A stretch of DNA of 64,000 nt from the IMG/VR virus record IMGVR_UViG_3300035703_000022, positions 74,530 to 138,529 of that record; one strand, given 5' to 3'. The notes below the pieces were generated by a model, which was given only the letters and a program-made list of their open reading frames with translations, was not told the DNA's origin and searched no databases. This document shows, piece by piece, positions 34,901-44,667 of the stretch; position 1 is the stretch's first letter; each line of letters starts with the position of its first letter. This stretch comes from a virus. The translations under genes were made by a program, and so were the position numbers.

Positions 34901-37900
34901 TGCGGCAGTCGATAATTGAGCAGAAACTGATTTTACTTTATATGGAAGTCTTGCGCTAGTTATATCCCAAGGAGTGTCGAGAATTAATTCTACAACTCTA
35001 TCTGAACTAGATCCAGTAATATAAAGTTTAGTTCCATCACTTTTTATCTCTACTCCCTGAGCAGTTCCATCATAAGATAAAGTAGAAAAAGTTTTATATC
35101 CGGGAACTCCATTAACAGTAGAAATTGATGTGTTTATTGTAGTAACAGAATATGCAGTTTCTAAATCATATTGATAAATTAAATCATCTAATTCATCACA
35201 AATATATAATCTCTTCCCTAAAGTGCCAGATGATCCATCTTTACCCCATGTCATTCCCGATGCATTAGCATTAGCAGCAGGAAACGTTTTAGTAGGTATT
35301 CCACGTAAAGTAGTAATATCCCATGGAGTGTCTAAATTAAATTGTAGAATTCTATTGTTGGCGTCCTCAGTTAAATATACTCTTGTTCCAGTATCATTAA
35401 AATCTAATCCAGTCCAAGTTGCTCCACCAGAAGCCCCAGAGTTGCTTAATCCGTTAAGTACAGGAGATTGTGTACGACCAGGAACTGAAATGCCATTTAT
35501 AGTAGTGGGAGTACTAGAATTATTCATAGTACTTATATCATATGCAGCACCAAGATAAAATTGATATATTCTATCATTATTATCACCAACAATGTACAAC
35601 AATTTTCCAGCATTTGTTCCATATTTACAGAATGCCAAATCATAGGGTAAAGAATCCGATCCGCTGACACTCACATTCCTATATCTATATGCGGTAGATA
35701 TATCCCATGGAGTTGAAAGAGTGAATTGTCTGAATGAATTATCATCATCAGCAACGCAGATCATTCTTGTTCCTTCTGGATTAAAAAATAATCCTGTTAT
35801 TGCTCCAGCAAGTGTATTAAATGATTGAACATATGTTGCACTATTTAAAGTCCATGGAGTAGATAAAGTGTATTCATATACACGGTCTTCAGTACTATTA
35901 GTTCCACCAATATACATTTTTGATCCTGCAGTAACTCCAGAAACAGTTTCTGGAGGACCAATATAAACTGAAGCAGGTGCAGCATCTTGCCCAGATACAC
36001 TAACTGTTCTTTCAAACCATGCAGTACTAATATCCCAGGGAGTTTGTAAGTAAAATTGATATATTCTAGTTGTTCCAACATTACCATCAAGAACTGCCAT
36101 GGATTTTCCATCATCCCCAAGAATTACAATACTTCTTGGATCTGTTGCAAAACTACTTACACTGAAAGATTTACTTTCATAAGTTGCAGTAACAAGGTCA
36201 AAAGCAGTAGAAAGAGAATACTGATATATTGTAGTTCCTATAAGAACATATATTTTTGTTCCATCTGGTCTCAAAACACTACTTTTTGGATTAACTCCTT
36301 GAGTTGATACATTAAGATTATTAAAATAATATGCAGTTGTTATGTCTCCCGGTGTCTTAACCGTATATTCAAAAATACTATTTAATTCATCGCCCAGAAT
36401 ATAAAATTTAGATTCATCGGTAGATACTTCAAATGATACGGGAGTAGTATCTAATGCAAATGGAACGGATTTATTATTATTAACTGCCGTTCTTAAATCA
36501 AATGGAGTACTCAGATCAAGTTGATGAATGTTGGTTAATGTCATTACATATAATCTAGTTCCATCTTGATTGAATCTAATAGTGTGTTGATTTGTTCCAA
36601 GAAGTCCCGTGAGAGAATAGTCACCATACCATAATGTATTGAAATCATATGGTGTACTTAAATCATATTTAAATATATCATGAGATGGAGAGGTTGGTAA
36701 TGTCCATAAATTAGATCCATCTGAACTCAAGTAAATTTGATTCCACAATCTTCCGATAGATCTATCATATTGATCAACTGTATTAACAAATGTTGATGTT
36801 GAAAAAGTATTAAAATTGTAATTAGTTGATAATGGATATTTGTATATTCTTGGAGTACCACTAGCATTAATTGTTAAATACAATTCACTACCATCATCTT
36901 TCATTAATATTGAAGATCCATTACCAAGAGCACTCATATTGTAAGTATCGTTTGAAATACTGGTTATATCATATGGAGTAGACATATTAAAAGTATATAA
37001 CCAAGAATCCGAAACCATTGCAATGTAAGAGCCAACACTAGAAATTCCTAATGAATTTATACTATTATCATATGGCCTAAAGTTTTTTGACGTATTCGTT
37101 CCGCCACTTGTAATAATACCAGCAGTTGTTAAATCTCTTTGATACAAAGTATTAAGTGTATTCGTAAACCAATATAACTTATTGTCACCATCTCCAATAG
37201 CAATACCAGAAGAAACCGTTGGAGTTGAAAGTGAATACCCATCATATTGCCATGAACTAATATCCCAAGGAGTTTTTAATCTATATGCTACTATTAGATC
37301 TCTGAAATTTCCACAAACATAAACCAGTGTTCCATCACTACTAAAATCAATACCTGTTACATCACCATCATAACTTGTGGGTATACTGGATGTTTGTAAT
37401 GTTACTGTACTATTAATATCATACGCTACAGACAAATTGAATTGTCGAATAGTATCAGAATTATTTCCCACAATATACATTTTATTTCCACTATCACCAA
37501 ATACAATCCCAGTAGGATTTGAATCTGGAGCAGTTACTGTATATCCAGCAGTTGGAGCAAGTAGAACTACTGTTCCCAAATCCCATGCAGTGCCTAATTG
37601 ATATTGGTAAACAGCATTTGTCGCTTCGTCACCAAGAATAAACATTTTGGTGCCAGTATCATTGAATGCCAACCCCGAAGGTACGTCTGCCAAAGCTATT
37701 TCGGTAGTTCCAATAGTAAATTCTTTGGAATATGTTGATGTACTTACATCCCAAGCAGTGCTTAATGAATATTGATATACTTTGTTGTTTTGATTTCCTA
37801 AAACAAACATTCTTGTCCCATCACTTGAGAAACGTACTGATCTAGGATCAGTATCTCTAGAAACCCCTGTGTTTATATTGAATGTTTTATCTGCCGTGGC

Positions 37901-39358
37901 GGTAACTGCACTAGAAGTAATATCCCATGCCGTAGTTAAATTATATTGATAAACTTGTTTTGTTGCACCAGCACTACCGATTGTATAAAACTTTGTTCCG
38001 CTGTCCCCAAAAGTGACCTCTTGCATTGCAGTGTCAGCTGAAATAACAAATTGCGATATGGTAATACTAAAAGGTTTATAACTAGTTATATCCCATGCAG
38101 TAGACAACTCCAATTCGTAAATAAGATCGCCAGTATTTCCTAAAATATAAAGTTTTGTCCCTGAACTATTAAAACAGAATCCACCAACATCATTTTCTGG
38201 GGAAAGATTCGATAGACCAACAGTTGGTATAATTTTTTTAATATTAATAGATTTATTATTATAAACTGCATATGAAATGTCCCAAGCTTCTGGAGCACTA
38301 TCCAAAGTATACTCATATAAATCATCCGTAAGTACATTATAGGCCCAATATCTTCTACCTACATTGCTACCACTAGTTTGAAATGTAATTCCTTTAAATC
38401 CCGTTGTTGGTCCACCAGAAATTGTTGGTGAAGTTTTGTTAACATAACTTAATATATTATTAGCTCTATATGATGATCCAAGATTTAGTTGCGTAACATC
38501 TCCATTATCTCTTAAAATATATGCCTTATTTCCATTATCCCCATAAAAAACACCTTCAGCACTAGAAGTATTTGAAACACTAAGGTCATATACATCAACA
38601 TTATCTAAAGTCCCTGTAGATGGGTTCCACGGAGTTGATAAGTTATACTTGAAAAATCCACCACCACTACAATTAAGTACTAACTTCGTTCCAGTAGAAT
38701 CTATCCAAAAACAATTAATACTATTAAAGTGTTTTAGTCCGGATCCAGAATCATAAGTTACTGTTCCACCAATATCCCACGGTGAATCTAAATTATAAAC
38801 ACTTATAAAGTTACTACTGACTCCAGAAGTAATCATCCTCCGACCATTACTGGAAAACGCTATTCCAACACTAGATGTACCAGGTAGAGTAAAGTAAGTT
38901 GAATCTAGTGTAATATTTTTAGCATCATATGGAGATTGACAAGAATATTGATAAATGGTGCTTCCTACTGATGCAGTTGTAGTACTAGAAGTATATAATT
39001 TATTTCCAGAATCTGCGAAAGTAAAAGTTCGACTAATATTACCACTACTAATCCCAACCCTTGGAGTTATTATTGGACCATCTAGTGACAAAGTACCTGG
39101 ATCATATGGATCCTCTGCAGAAAATTGAGTGATCTTATCTGCAGTTTGTCCCATGATAAAAGCTTTTGTTCCATCAGTATTAAAGACAAAAGAAGATTCG
39201 AGAACTTCACCAGATGGCCAAAATTTTGAAACGTCTTTTAACGATCTGTAATTTTGAATTTGATTAGTAGTTTTTTTCCATTCTATTTGATCTTCCAGAG
39301 AATATATCCCAGAAGTTTTTGTGTATGTTAAATCACCACCTATTTGTCTTAAAGTCAT
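31988..39358 (-). CDS. giant multi-beta-propeller repeat protein (probable virion adhesin)
   Basis: 2456 aa with dozens of ~50-aa repeats F..DGTKxY...IYQY.LSTPWDIST. Confidence 0.8.
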   Translation of the reverse strand: MTLRQIGGDLTYTKTSGIYSLEDQIEWKKTTNQIQNYRSLKDVSKFWPSGEVLESSFVFNTDGTKAFIMGQTADKITQFSAEDPYDPGTLSLDGPIITPRVGISSGNISRTFTFADSGNKLYTSSTTTASVGSTIYQYSCQSPYDAKNITLDSTYFTLPGTSSVGIAFSSNGRRMITSGVSSNFISVYNLDSPWDIGGTVTYDSGSGLKHFNSINCFWIDSTGTKLVLNCSGGGFFKYNLSTPWNPSTGTLDNVDVYDLSVSNTSSAEGVFYGDNGNKAYILRDNGDVTQLNLGSSYRANNILSYVNKTSPTISGGPTTGFKGITFQTSGSNVGRRYWAYNVLTDDLYEYTLDSAPEAWDISYAVYNNKSINIKKIIPTVGLSNLSPENDVGGFCFNSSGTKLYILGNTGDLIYELELSTAWDITSYKPFSITISQFVISADTAMQEVTFGDSGTKFYTIGSAGATKQVYQYNLTTAWDITSSAVTATADKTFNINTGVSRDTDPRSVRFSSDGTRMFVLGNQNNKVYQYSLSTAWDVSTSTYSKEFTIGTTEIALADVPSGLAFNDTGTKMFILGDEATNAVYQYQLGTAWDLGTVVLLAPTAGYTVTAPDSNPTGIVFGDSGNKMYIVGNNSDTIRQFNLSVAYDINSTVTLQTSSIPTSYDGDVTGIDFSSDGTLVYVCGNFRDLIVAYRLKTPWDISSWQYDGYSLSTPTVSSGIAIGDGDNKLYWFTNTLNTLYQRDLTTAGIITSGGTNTSKNFRPYDNSINSLGISSVGSYIAMVSDSWLYTFNMSTPYDITSISNDTYNMSALGNGSSILMKDDGSELYLTINASGTPRIYKYPLSTNYNFNTFSTSTFVNTVDQYDRSIGRLWNQIYLSSDGSNLWTLPTSPSHDIFKYDLSTPYDFNTLWYGDYSLTGLLGTNQHTIRFNQDGTRLYVMTLTNIHQLDLSTPFDLRTAVNNNKSVPFALDTTPVSFEVSTDESKFYILGDELNSIFEYTVKTPGDITTAYYFNNLNVSTQGVNPKSSVLRPDGTKIYVLIGTTIYQYSLSTAFDLVTATYESKSFSVSSFATDPRSIVILGDDGKSMAVLDGNVGTTRIYQFYLQTPWDISTAWFERTVSVSGQDAAPASVYIGPPETVSGVTAGSKMYIGGTNSTEDRVYEYTLSTPWTLNSATYVQSFNTLAGAITGLFFNPEGTRMICVADDDNSFRQFTLSTPWDISTAYRYRNVSVSGSDSLPYDLAFCKYGTNAGKLLYIVGDNNDRIYQFYLGAAYDISTMNNSSTPTTINGISVPGRTQSPVLNGLSNSGASGGATWTGLDFNDTGTRVYLTEDANNRILQFNLDTPWDITTLRGIPTKTFPAANANASGMTWGKDGSSGTLGKRLYICDELDDLIYQYDLETAYSVTTINTSISTVNGVPGYKTFSTLSYDGTAQGVEIKSDGTKLYITGSSSDRVVELILDTPWDITSARLPYKVKSVSAQLSTAAALTFKSDGTKMYVMSSTTSDIVYQYSLSTAWDVSTATYESKSFTLQTETIHTGFDITDVYDAGGGNWKQHLYAVGTGNDRIYRYTITATTSTDAKFWDITQFGTVEATSLLVSGSDGVQHSIKVSRDGANAGKYITLVGQTADDVFFYTMGTAYDLSTATLMTGTKDVSAEGTPTGVAVAYGSGVTEGTVFYVVGDTSDTIREYSLKQSGVLTPWASGTITWTLERSLTIGANDLVNITAATDLAVSKNGGWIYVLDGDEVYGFPMEVSHNLLSANKGSLYVATQETTPMVSRFANNGTELYVYGQSGDDINRYTLSIPWLVSSGTFISNSGSLADTIPYGLEVKEDGSRYWIVGSTDIIREYTPSVNYNTTLTTGNTKDIAYFVPDPRSLKFNNDGTKLFVINSTSIWEFEVDNPYDTVAINTQYFASPDTAPECIKFKSDNTIGGTGNGTKFAVFGSTNNTVRTYTCAYAWNVSSVSSTATGVAMDSATRGLAFNANGSRIYLTGDSDQITQHNATDYASDSPTITAKTVVSPIFVDPTGIDISTDGTKMYALAGGIVYEMILDTAYDVGSIYVASMSIAEDTSPQGLHIGDNGSKLTYFGNTGDDIRVYSLATPYNANNYTSFNFQTSVPDINIVGVWVSDDGQTILMLGQSGEKIYKYTTSSPWNFSSWTNSGKSYNLIHRIDSDGLAFSSDGLTMYILSGTQVVEVPLETAWSPETAYTGVISLSGEDSAPVSLCKTSDGLNLYMLGDTGNDISRYTLSPANKINTATYVNAVSHSTDSAATGFTCDSTGSTFWITGPGNDRIYQISNSGSSGSLGSFTQTTNIDISRIDNVPNDVFLSSNGNYLYLTGQQYDSILRFDLTTSNTLVGYDRHLLDISSETTAPISITKSQDSTKLFVNDVNVILQYEISNLSINNTTYSQKSLYVGSSAGGAVTPKDIHLSLNGNYLYVLDQNQDEVKVYNTILK

Positions 39359-39717
39359 GAGATCTCCTCATATCCGATTAAAATATGAATACGATTAGCG
39401 GAACTAGCTTGCGCTCTAATTGATACGTTTTCTTCCAAATATAAGTAATTTTCTTTTGACAACACAATTTGTGTAGCATCTGCCGGAACAGTAACTGTTT
39501 TTACGATATAGTAATCATTAGATCCATCATAAAAACTAACAGAAATATCTGATGCTGAAGTTCCGTCTACATTTGCAGCAAGAATTGAATTTATTTTTAA
39601 AACTTTATTACTACCACTTGAATTTTGTATACAAGTTGTTATACCAGTACTCGACAATATAGTACCGTTTGTTTTTCCAACAAGTGATGTAGCTACCGCA
39701 AGATTAGGAGCAGTCAT
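39355..39717 (-). CDS. small virion-associated protein
   Basis: 120 aa; ATGA-coupled to the propeller gene; TATAAATA at 39743-39750. Confidence 0.7.
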   Translation of the reverse strand: MTAPNLAVATSLVGKTNGTILSSTGITTCIQNSSGSNKVLKINSILAANVDGTSASDISVSFYDGSNDYYIVKTVTVPADATQIVLSKENYLYLEENVSIRAQASSANRIHILIGYEEIS

Positions 39718-39758
39718 GTATAAATTATCTTATTCTTAATTGTATTTATATTTAATAA

Positions 39759-41183
39759 TCAAAATATTAAACTCATTATAATAGATCTTGAATTAGTCGT
39801 GTTAACTGTGGCAATTCCTGATGGAGAAAGGTTCACGGAAAGATCCGATCCAAAATTAATTGTTCTTGCAGCCCCAACATTAACATTATTACTTTGAAGA
39901 TAAACTCCAGTTCCAACTCCAACAATTCCTGTTAATCCAGATCCACTACCAACAAAATTTGAAGCAGTTATGACACCAGAAACATTAACTTGTTTAGCAA
40001 ATAATGTAGTTCCTGTTACTGTAGTGATACCAGCAAATGTAGAAACACCAGAAACACTAAGTTGTTTAGTAAATAAAGATACTCCTGTTACTGTAGTGAT
40101 ACCAGCAAATGTAGAAACACCAGAAACACTAAGTTGTTTAGTAAATAAAGATACTCCTGTTACTGTAGTAATACCAGCAAACGTAGAGATTCCAGTAAAT
40201 GAAGAATTACCAGAAACATTTAGTTGTCCTAATGTTCCAACAGAAGTTAGTGAAGAATTAACAACACCACTTCCAAGTGAATTGGAAGATACAAGAATAT
40301 TACTTGAACTGTCTCTATAAGAAGTTGCATTTATTGTTCCGGTAACAAGAGCACTTCCATTTACAGTAAACTCATAAGATGAGTTTGCATTACCCTTTAT
40401 GCCAACAAGCCCAGTTTGTGTGATAGTAATAGCAGTAACATCTATTATTCCATCACTGCCATCAGCACATTGAATTTTGAATAAATTATTTGGAGAAGCA
40501 CCTGCAGAACCTTCATGATAAATACGAAAATAATCCTGACCTGTGGATCCACCTTCTCTAAATACAATACTATTATTGAGTCCAGTACCCCCAGTCAATC
40601 TTATTACGGCACCATTTGTATCAAAAACTGTAAGCTTAGCTTCTGAGTTTGTAGTGCCTATTCCAACAGAGCCATTAAGAGTACTAATACCAGAAATAGA
40701 TAATGATGTACCTACGATATTAGTACCACTTATAGAACCACCCGTAAATTCACCATAGATAGAACTAAAAATTCTATTAGCCGTTAATATTCCTGTAAAG
40801 TATCCATCACCATCAACCCAAAGTTTTGATGTTGGATTTGTAGTGCCTATTCCAACAGAGCCATTAAGAGTACTAATACCAGAAATAGATAATGATGTAC
40901 CTACGATATTAGTACCACTTATAGAACCACCCGTAAATTCACCATAAAGACCACTGATAATTCTATTAGCCGTTAATATTCCGGTAATATAAGTATCACC
41001 TACAATATGAAGCTTTGATGTTGGATTTGTGGTTCCTATTCCAGTATTACCAGAAACATAAGCACCACCAGTTACTTGGAGACTTTGTGAACTAGTACCG
41101 GTGGAAGACGATGACCCAACTGTTAAAGTACTATCAATTGTAGAAGTACCATATATCCTTGTACCAGATTTGAGTTTTGCCAT
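39759..41183 (-). CDS. tail-fibre-like protein
   Basis: VGIGTTNP and GISTFAGITT repeats. Confidence 0.75.
   Translation of the reverse strand: MAKLKSGTRIYGTSTIDSTLTVGSSSSTGTSSQSLQVTGGAYVSGNTGIGTTNPTSKLHIVGDTYITGILTANRIISGLYGEFTGGSISGTNIVGTSLSISGISTLNGSVGIGTTNPTSKLWVDGDGYFTGILTANRIFSSIYGEFTGGSISGTNIVGTSLSISGISTLNGSVGIGTTNSEAKLTVFDTNGAVIRLTGGTGLNNSIVFREGGSTGQDYFRIYHEGSAGASPNNLFKIQCADGSDGIIDVTAITITQTGLVGIKGNANSSYEFTVNGSALVTGTINATSYRDSSSNILVSSNSLGSGVVNSSLTSVGTLGQLNVSGNSSFTGISTFAGITTVTGVSLFTKQLSVSGVSTFAGITTVTGVSLFTKQLSVSGVSTFAGITTVTGTTLFAKQVNVSGVITASNFVGSGSGLTGIVGVGTGVYLQSNNVNVGAARTINFGSDLSVNLSPSGIATVNTTNSRSIIMSLIF
40011..40185. repeat. 72-nt tandem coding repeat (about 2.4 copies)
   Basis: tcctgttactgtagt recurs at 40011, 40083 and 40155. 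Confidence 0.85.
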
Positions 41184-41186
41184 TTC

Positions 41187-44100
41187 TTATGCTTGTGCCT
41201 CCGTCCAAGAAATGCGACATGCCAAATTTTTGCTTCCAGTTGATTCTAAAAGTGTTGCAGTAATTAAAAGAATGTCAGGACCAACTGGATATCCTGGGTT
41301 AATTGCTCCAGTATCACCGTTTCCACTAATAATAGAAGTTCCAAGGTCACGAACTTTTCCTAAATCAAATGATGTTGCCGAAAAGTTATTACCACCAGAG
41401 TTTTCAGTATAGAAGCCAAAGATTCTATCTCCACCAGTAAATGTGCCAGTTGCAGTTGCTGCTGTTCCACTATAAGTTTGGGTTCCGTCCCAATAAACCA
41501 CCTGTGCAAGAGAACCAGAACCTACAGGAACAGTTTCCCAATTTGTTGGGAATGTTAGTCCAGTACCTGTTAGTGTTTGAGGATTCAAAATACCTTGAAT
41601 AAGAAACTGTCCTTGTGAATAGACACCCATACTGGTAAGTGTCAACTGCATTCGGTTGACAATTTCACGAATGCCAAAGTTTTTACCGATACCAGAATCG
41701 ACAGATGGGGCAATACGAATAGCAATAAGTGGTCTTGTAGCACCAGCAGCAACACTAAGGTATCTGTTCATACCTGCAGTAAAAATGATAGATTTATCAT
41801 CATCATATCTACCATCCATAATCGCAGAAACACCCCAGTGACTTACAACTGGAGCACAATCATTATAAACATATTGAACAGATACCTGAGGGGTTCCACT
41901 ACCACCAACAGAAGAATCTGGACTAAATGTTACCGAGGAAGAAGTTCCTGATAGTGTATACGCCGTAGAACTAAATGAACCTGCAGCATTAATACCAGCA
42001 ATACTGTAATTTGTCCTTCTAGTGAGGCCAGTCAAAGGATAACCACGCACTGTTGAATTATATGCGCCGATTCCAGTGTAACGAATCATCTCACTGTTTG
42101 TACCATCAGATATCACTACATAACCATCAGTAGGCCAACCAACTGTATTTTCTACATATAATGTTGTATCCGTGCTTGCTAAGTTGGATCCTCTTGTTGC
42201 CGTTGCCCCTGCAAGAAGTCTTGAATATGGTCCGAAGTTGATTGCCTCAAATCTACCTGGTAGGTTACCAGAACGCATATATGCAGCAGTATTTACGTTA
42301 TTGTTTGGCATCTTGTGGCAGTAAACAATATCACCATTGACTGCACGGAAACCAAAACGAATGAAACCAGCACCATACCAAGTATAATCAATGTATGCCA
42401 TCTGCATCTTAGAAATATCTAAGTTATATCCAGATGGTCCAGTGCCGTCCATTTTATCCATGTTCCACTGGTTCTGTGGAATACGGTGGGTTTGGGTTTT
42501 GAGGTATTTAACGTTAGATCTTGTTGGTCCTCGATATGAGGGGTTAATTCTCAATGAAGTGTCCGACAAAATCTGGGCAATCTCATATGACTGTCCTTTA
42601 ATTACAATTTTATCTCCAACTACCAACTGTTCTCTAAATCTTGTATTTGTACCAGTTATTGCACCACTATCTGCAGTCACAGCAAGTGTACCAAATAATT
42701 CTTTTACAGAGTCTCTACGACAAGAATATAATTGTTGTCCATCATATTCGAAGAAAAATCCATTTTGTTCATCAAATAATCCAGTTCTAACAGAAGCACC
42801 TTTCCATTGAATAGCAGTAATAAAAGCATTAGTACCACCAGGAGCAGTATCAGAAACTGCAGATGTTGTGGAATAAGTAAATGACTTTGTTCCTGTGACC
42901 GAAACCACAGTTGTTGATGATCTATTGTACAATGCACTATCAGCATCACCAGAAGCAGATACAACCCCCTCAATTTTAATAACAGCACCGACCTGAAGAT
43001 TATGATCTTGTGCAGTATTTACAGTGACTGTAGTGCCAGATGCAGTAATCGTTGTAACATCAAATGTTGGTGTTAGTTTTGCACCAGTTGAGAACTGCAT
43101 TCCTTTACCAGACTGATAACGGAAATATCTACGGGTTTGACGAATTTGTTGAGAACCCGTAAAGTTTCCACCACTTGTTAGTAATACACCACCATCAGTT
43201 GATCTATGCTGTTGATATCCTTCTGGTCTTGTGTATAGAAGTGCGTTTGCAAAATTAGTTCCTGAGGCAAGTGTTCCTGTTGGAGTCGCAGCAGCAGTAA
43301 AGGTAAATGTAGTTGGTGTCGCTACAGTAACAATAACCCAGTTACCATTTGGTGGGTTTGTTGTTGCAGTTATACCACGAACCATAATAGGAGTTCCTGG
43401 ATATAATCCATGATCATTCGCTGTTGTAACAGTGATTGTAGTACCACTATAAGTCATTGCAGATGCAGAAACTGCAAGAGGAATTCTTGCTCCTGGATAA
43501 ATTCCCCCTCCAGAAACAGTTGTATATCCGGTATCAAGGATTGAACCATTTACTTGACCTTTTGCAGTATACGTAAATGAAGTTGTACCAGTTACACCAT
43601 CAACAATAAATGTTCCATCTGCCAATTGGTTTGTAGTATCTTGAACCGTTACCACATCACCGACTGCTAATGCGTGTGTTGCAGTAACTGTTATCGTAGA
43701 TCTTGGTGTTTGATTTCCTCCAGAAATTGCAGTGGCATCAAGAGCAACTCCAGAAGTTCCTTTTGCATAAAAAGAAGGATAATTTTGAACTAAAGCTAGT
43801 GATTCCCACTTAGATGGTTGCACCGAATATTCGAAATCAGTATCAATGAGTGACTGAGGTGTAGAAACCCTCATTTTTGATACTGGATCCTGAAAAGTTT
43901 CTGAGGGAGTAAACTTTTCATCATACTCATCAATAATAATTTGAAGTTTATCAGTACTGTTCATTGAAGCAGTATTGTAATTTAATACAACAGTAGTTGT
44001 ATCTTTTGCTCCCGTAACAACTCCTGTCCCAGATGCTACTGTTGCGCCTTGTTGATAATTGGTAGCATTTGTAGTATAAGTAATAATACCAAGATTGGGA

Positions 44101-44243
44101 TCCGAAAAATTATAAATTACGGTATTTGTGGTTACATTTGTAATTAATATTAATCGTTCTCTAGGTATTGCTTTGTTAAAAACAATAGTTTTAGTAGATG
44201 GTGTAAATGTATATCCGGTTTCTAATAATGTTTTTCTTGCCAT
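41187..44243 (-). CDS. virion structural protein
   Basis: 1018 aa, Thr/Gly-rich; repeated TVTT...H.L..G beta modules; located in the tail region. Confidence 0.7.
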   Translation of the reverse strand: MARKTLLETGYTFTPSTKTIVFNKAIPRERLILITNVTTNTVIYNFSDPNLGIITYTTNATNYQQGATVASGTGVVTGAKDTTTVVLNYNTASMNSTDKLQIIIDEYDEKFTPSETFQDPVSKMRVSTPQSLIDTDFEYSVQPSKWESLALVQNYPSFYAKGTSGVALDATAISGGNQTPRSTITVTATHALAVGDVVTVQDTTNQLADGTFIVDGVTGTTSFTYTAKGQVNGSILDTGYTTVSGGGIYPGARIPLAVSASAMTYSGTTITVTTANDHGLYPGTPIMVRGITATTNPPNGNWVIVTVATPTTFTFTAAATPTGTLASGTNFANALLYTRPEGYQQHRSTDGGVLLTSGGNFTGSQQIRQTRRYFRYQSGKGMQFSTGAKLTPTFDVTTITASGTTVTVNTAQDHNLQVGAVIKIEGVVSASGDADSALYNRSSTTVVSVTGTKSFTYSTTSAVSDTAPGGTNAFITAIQWKGASVRTGLFDEQNGFFFEYDGQQLYSCRRDSVKELFGTLAVTADSGAITGTNTRFREQLVVGDKIVIKGQSYEIAQILSDTSLRINPSYRGPTRSNVKYLKTQTHRIPQNQWNMDKMDGTGPSGYNLDISKMQMAYIDYTWYGAGFIRFGFRAVNGDIVYCHKMPNNNVNTAAYMRSGNLPGRFEAINFGPYSRLLAGATATRGSNLASTDTTLYVENTVGWPTDGYVVISDGTNSEMIRYTGIGAYNSTVRGYPLTGLTRRTNYSIAGINAAGSFSSTAYTLSGTSSSVTFSPDSSVGGSGTPQVSVQYVYNDCAPVVSHWGVSAIMDGRYDDDKSIIFTAGMNRYLSVAAGATRPLIAIRIAPSVDSGIGKNFGIREIVNRMQLTLTSMGVYSQGQFLIQGILNPQTLTGTGLTFPTNWETVPVGSGSLAQVVYWDGTQTYSGTAATATGTFTGGDRIFGFYTENSGGNNFSATSFDLGKVRDLGTSIISGNGDTGAINPGYPVGPDILLITATLLESTGSKNLACRISWTEAQA

Positions 44244-44270
44244 GAAAGTTCTCCTTTGTTTTTTTATTTA

Positions 44271-44663
44271 TTAGTTAATAGTAGAAACTTCATCTATTTC
44301 ATTATAGATGATACAGTCATTGTTCACAGTATACCTCATATAGGTTCCTGTTCCTGCTCCATATGAAGGCATTGCAAATTCTGATGTTATTGGATCATAT
44401 GCGGGATAAGTATTTGCAACTAATTGACCAGATATGTAAGTATTTTGATTTGTAATGGAAGGTTCTGCATATAAATCATTTACTATATCATATGCATCAT
44501 ATGAATAATCTAAATTTATATTTTCTATAAACTCTGAAGCATAAAAACTTCCAGTAGATACTTGACTAATACTTACATTATTTGATGTAGTTTCATCAAA
44601 CTCTCCAACAAAAAGTATCGAACCATATTGATCCAATCTTCCAAGTACTCCAGCTACTGGCAT
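44271..44663 (-). CDS. hypothetical protein
   Basis: 130-aa ORF in the structural operon. Confidence 0.65.
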   Translation of the reverse strand: MPVAGVLGRLDQYGSILFVGEFDETTSNNVSISQVSTGSFYASEFIENINLDYSYDAYDIVNDLYAEPSITNQNTYISGQLVANTYPAYDPITSEFAMPSYGAGTGTYMRYTVNNDCIIYNEIDEVSTIN

Positions 44664-44667
44664 AATC

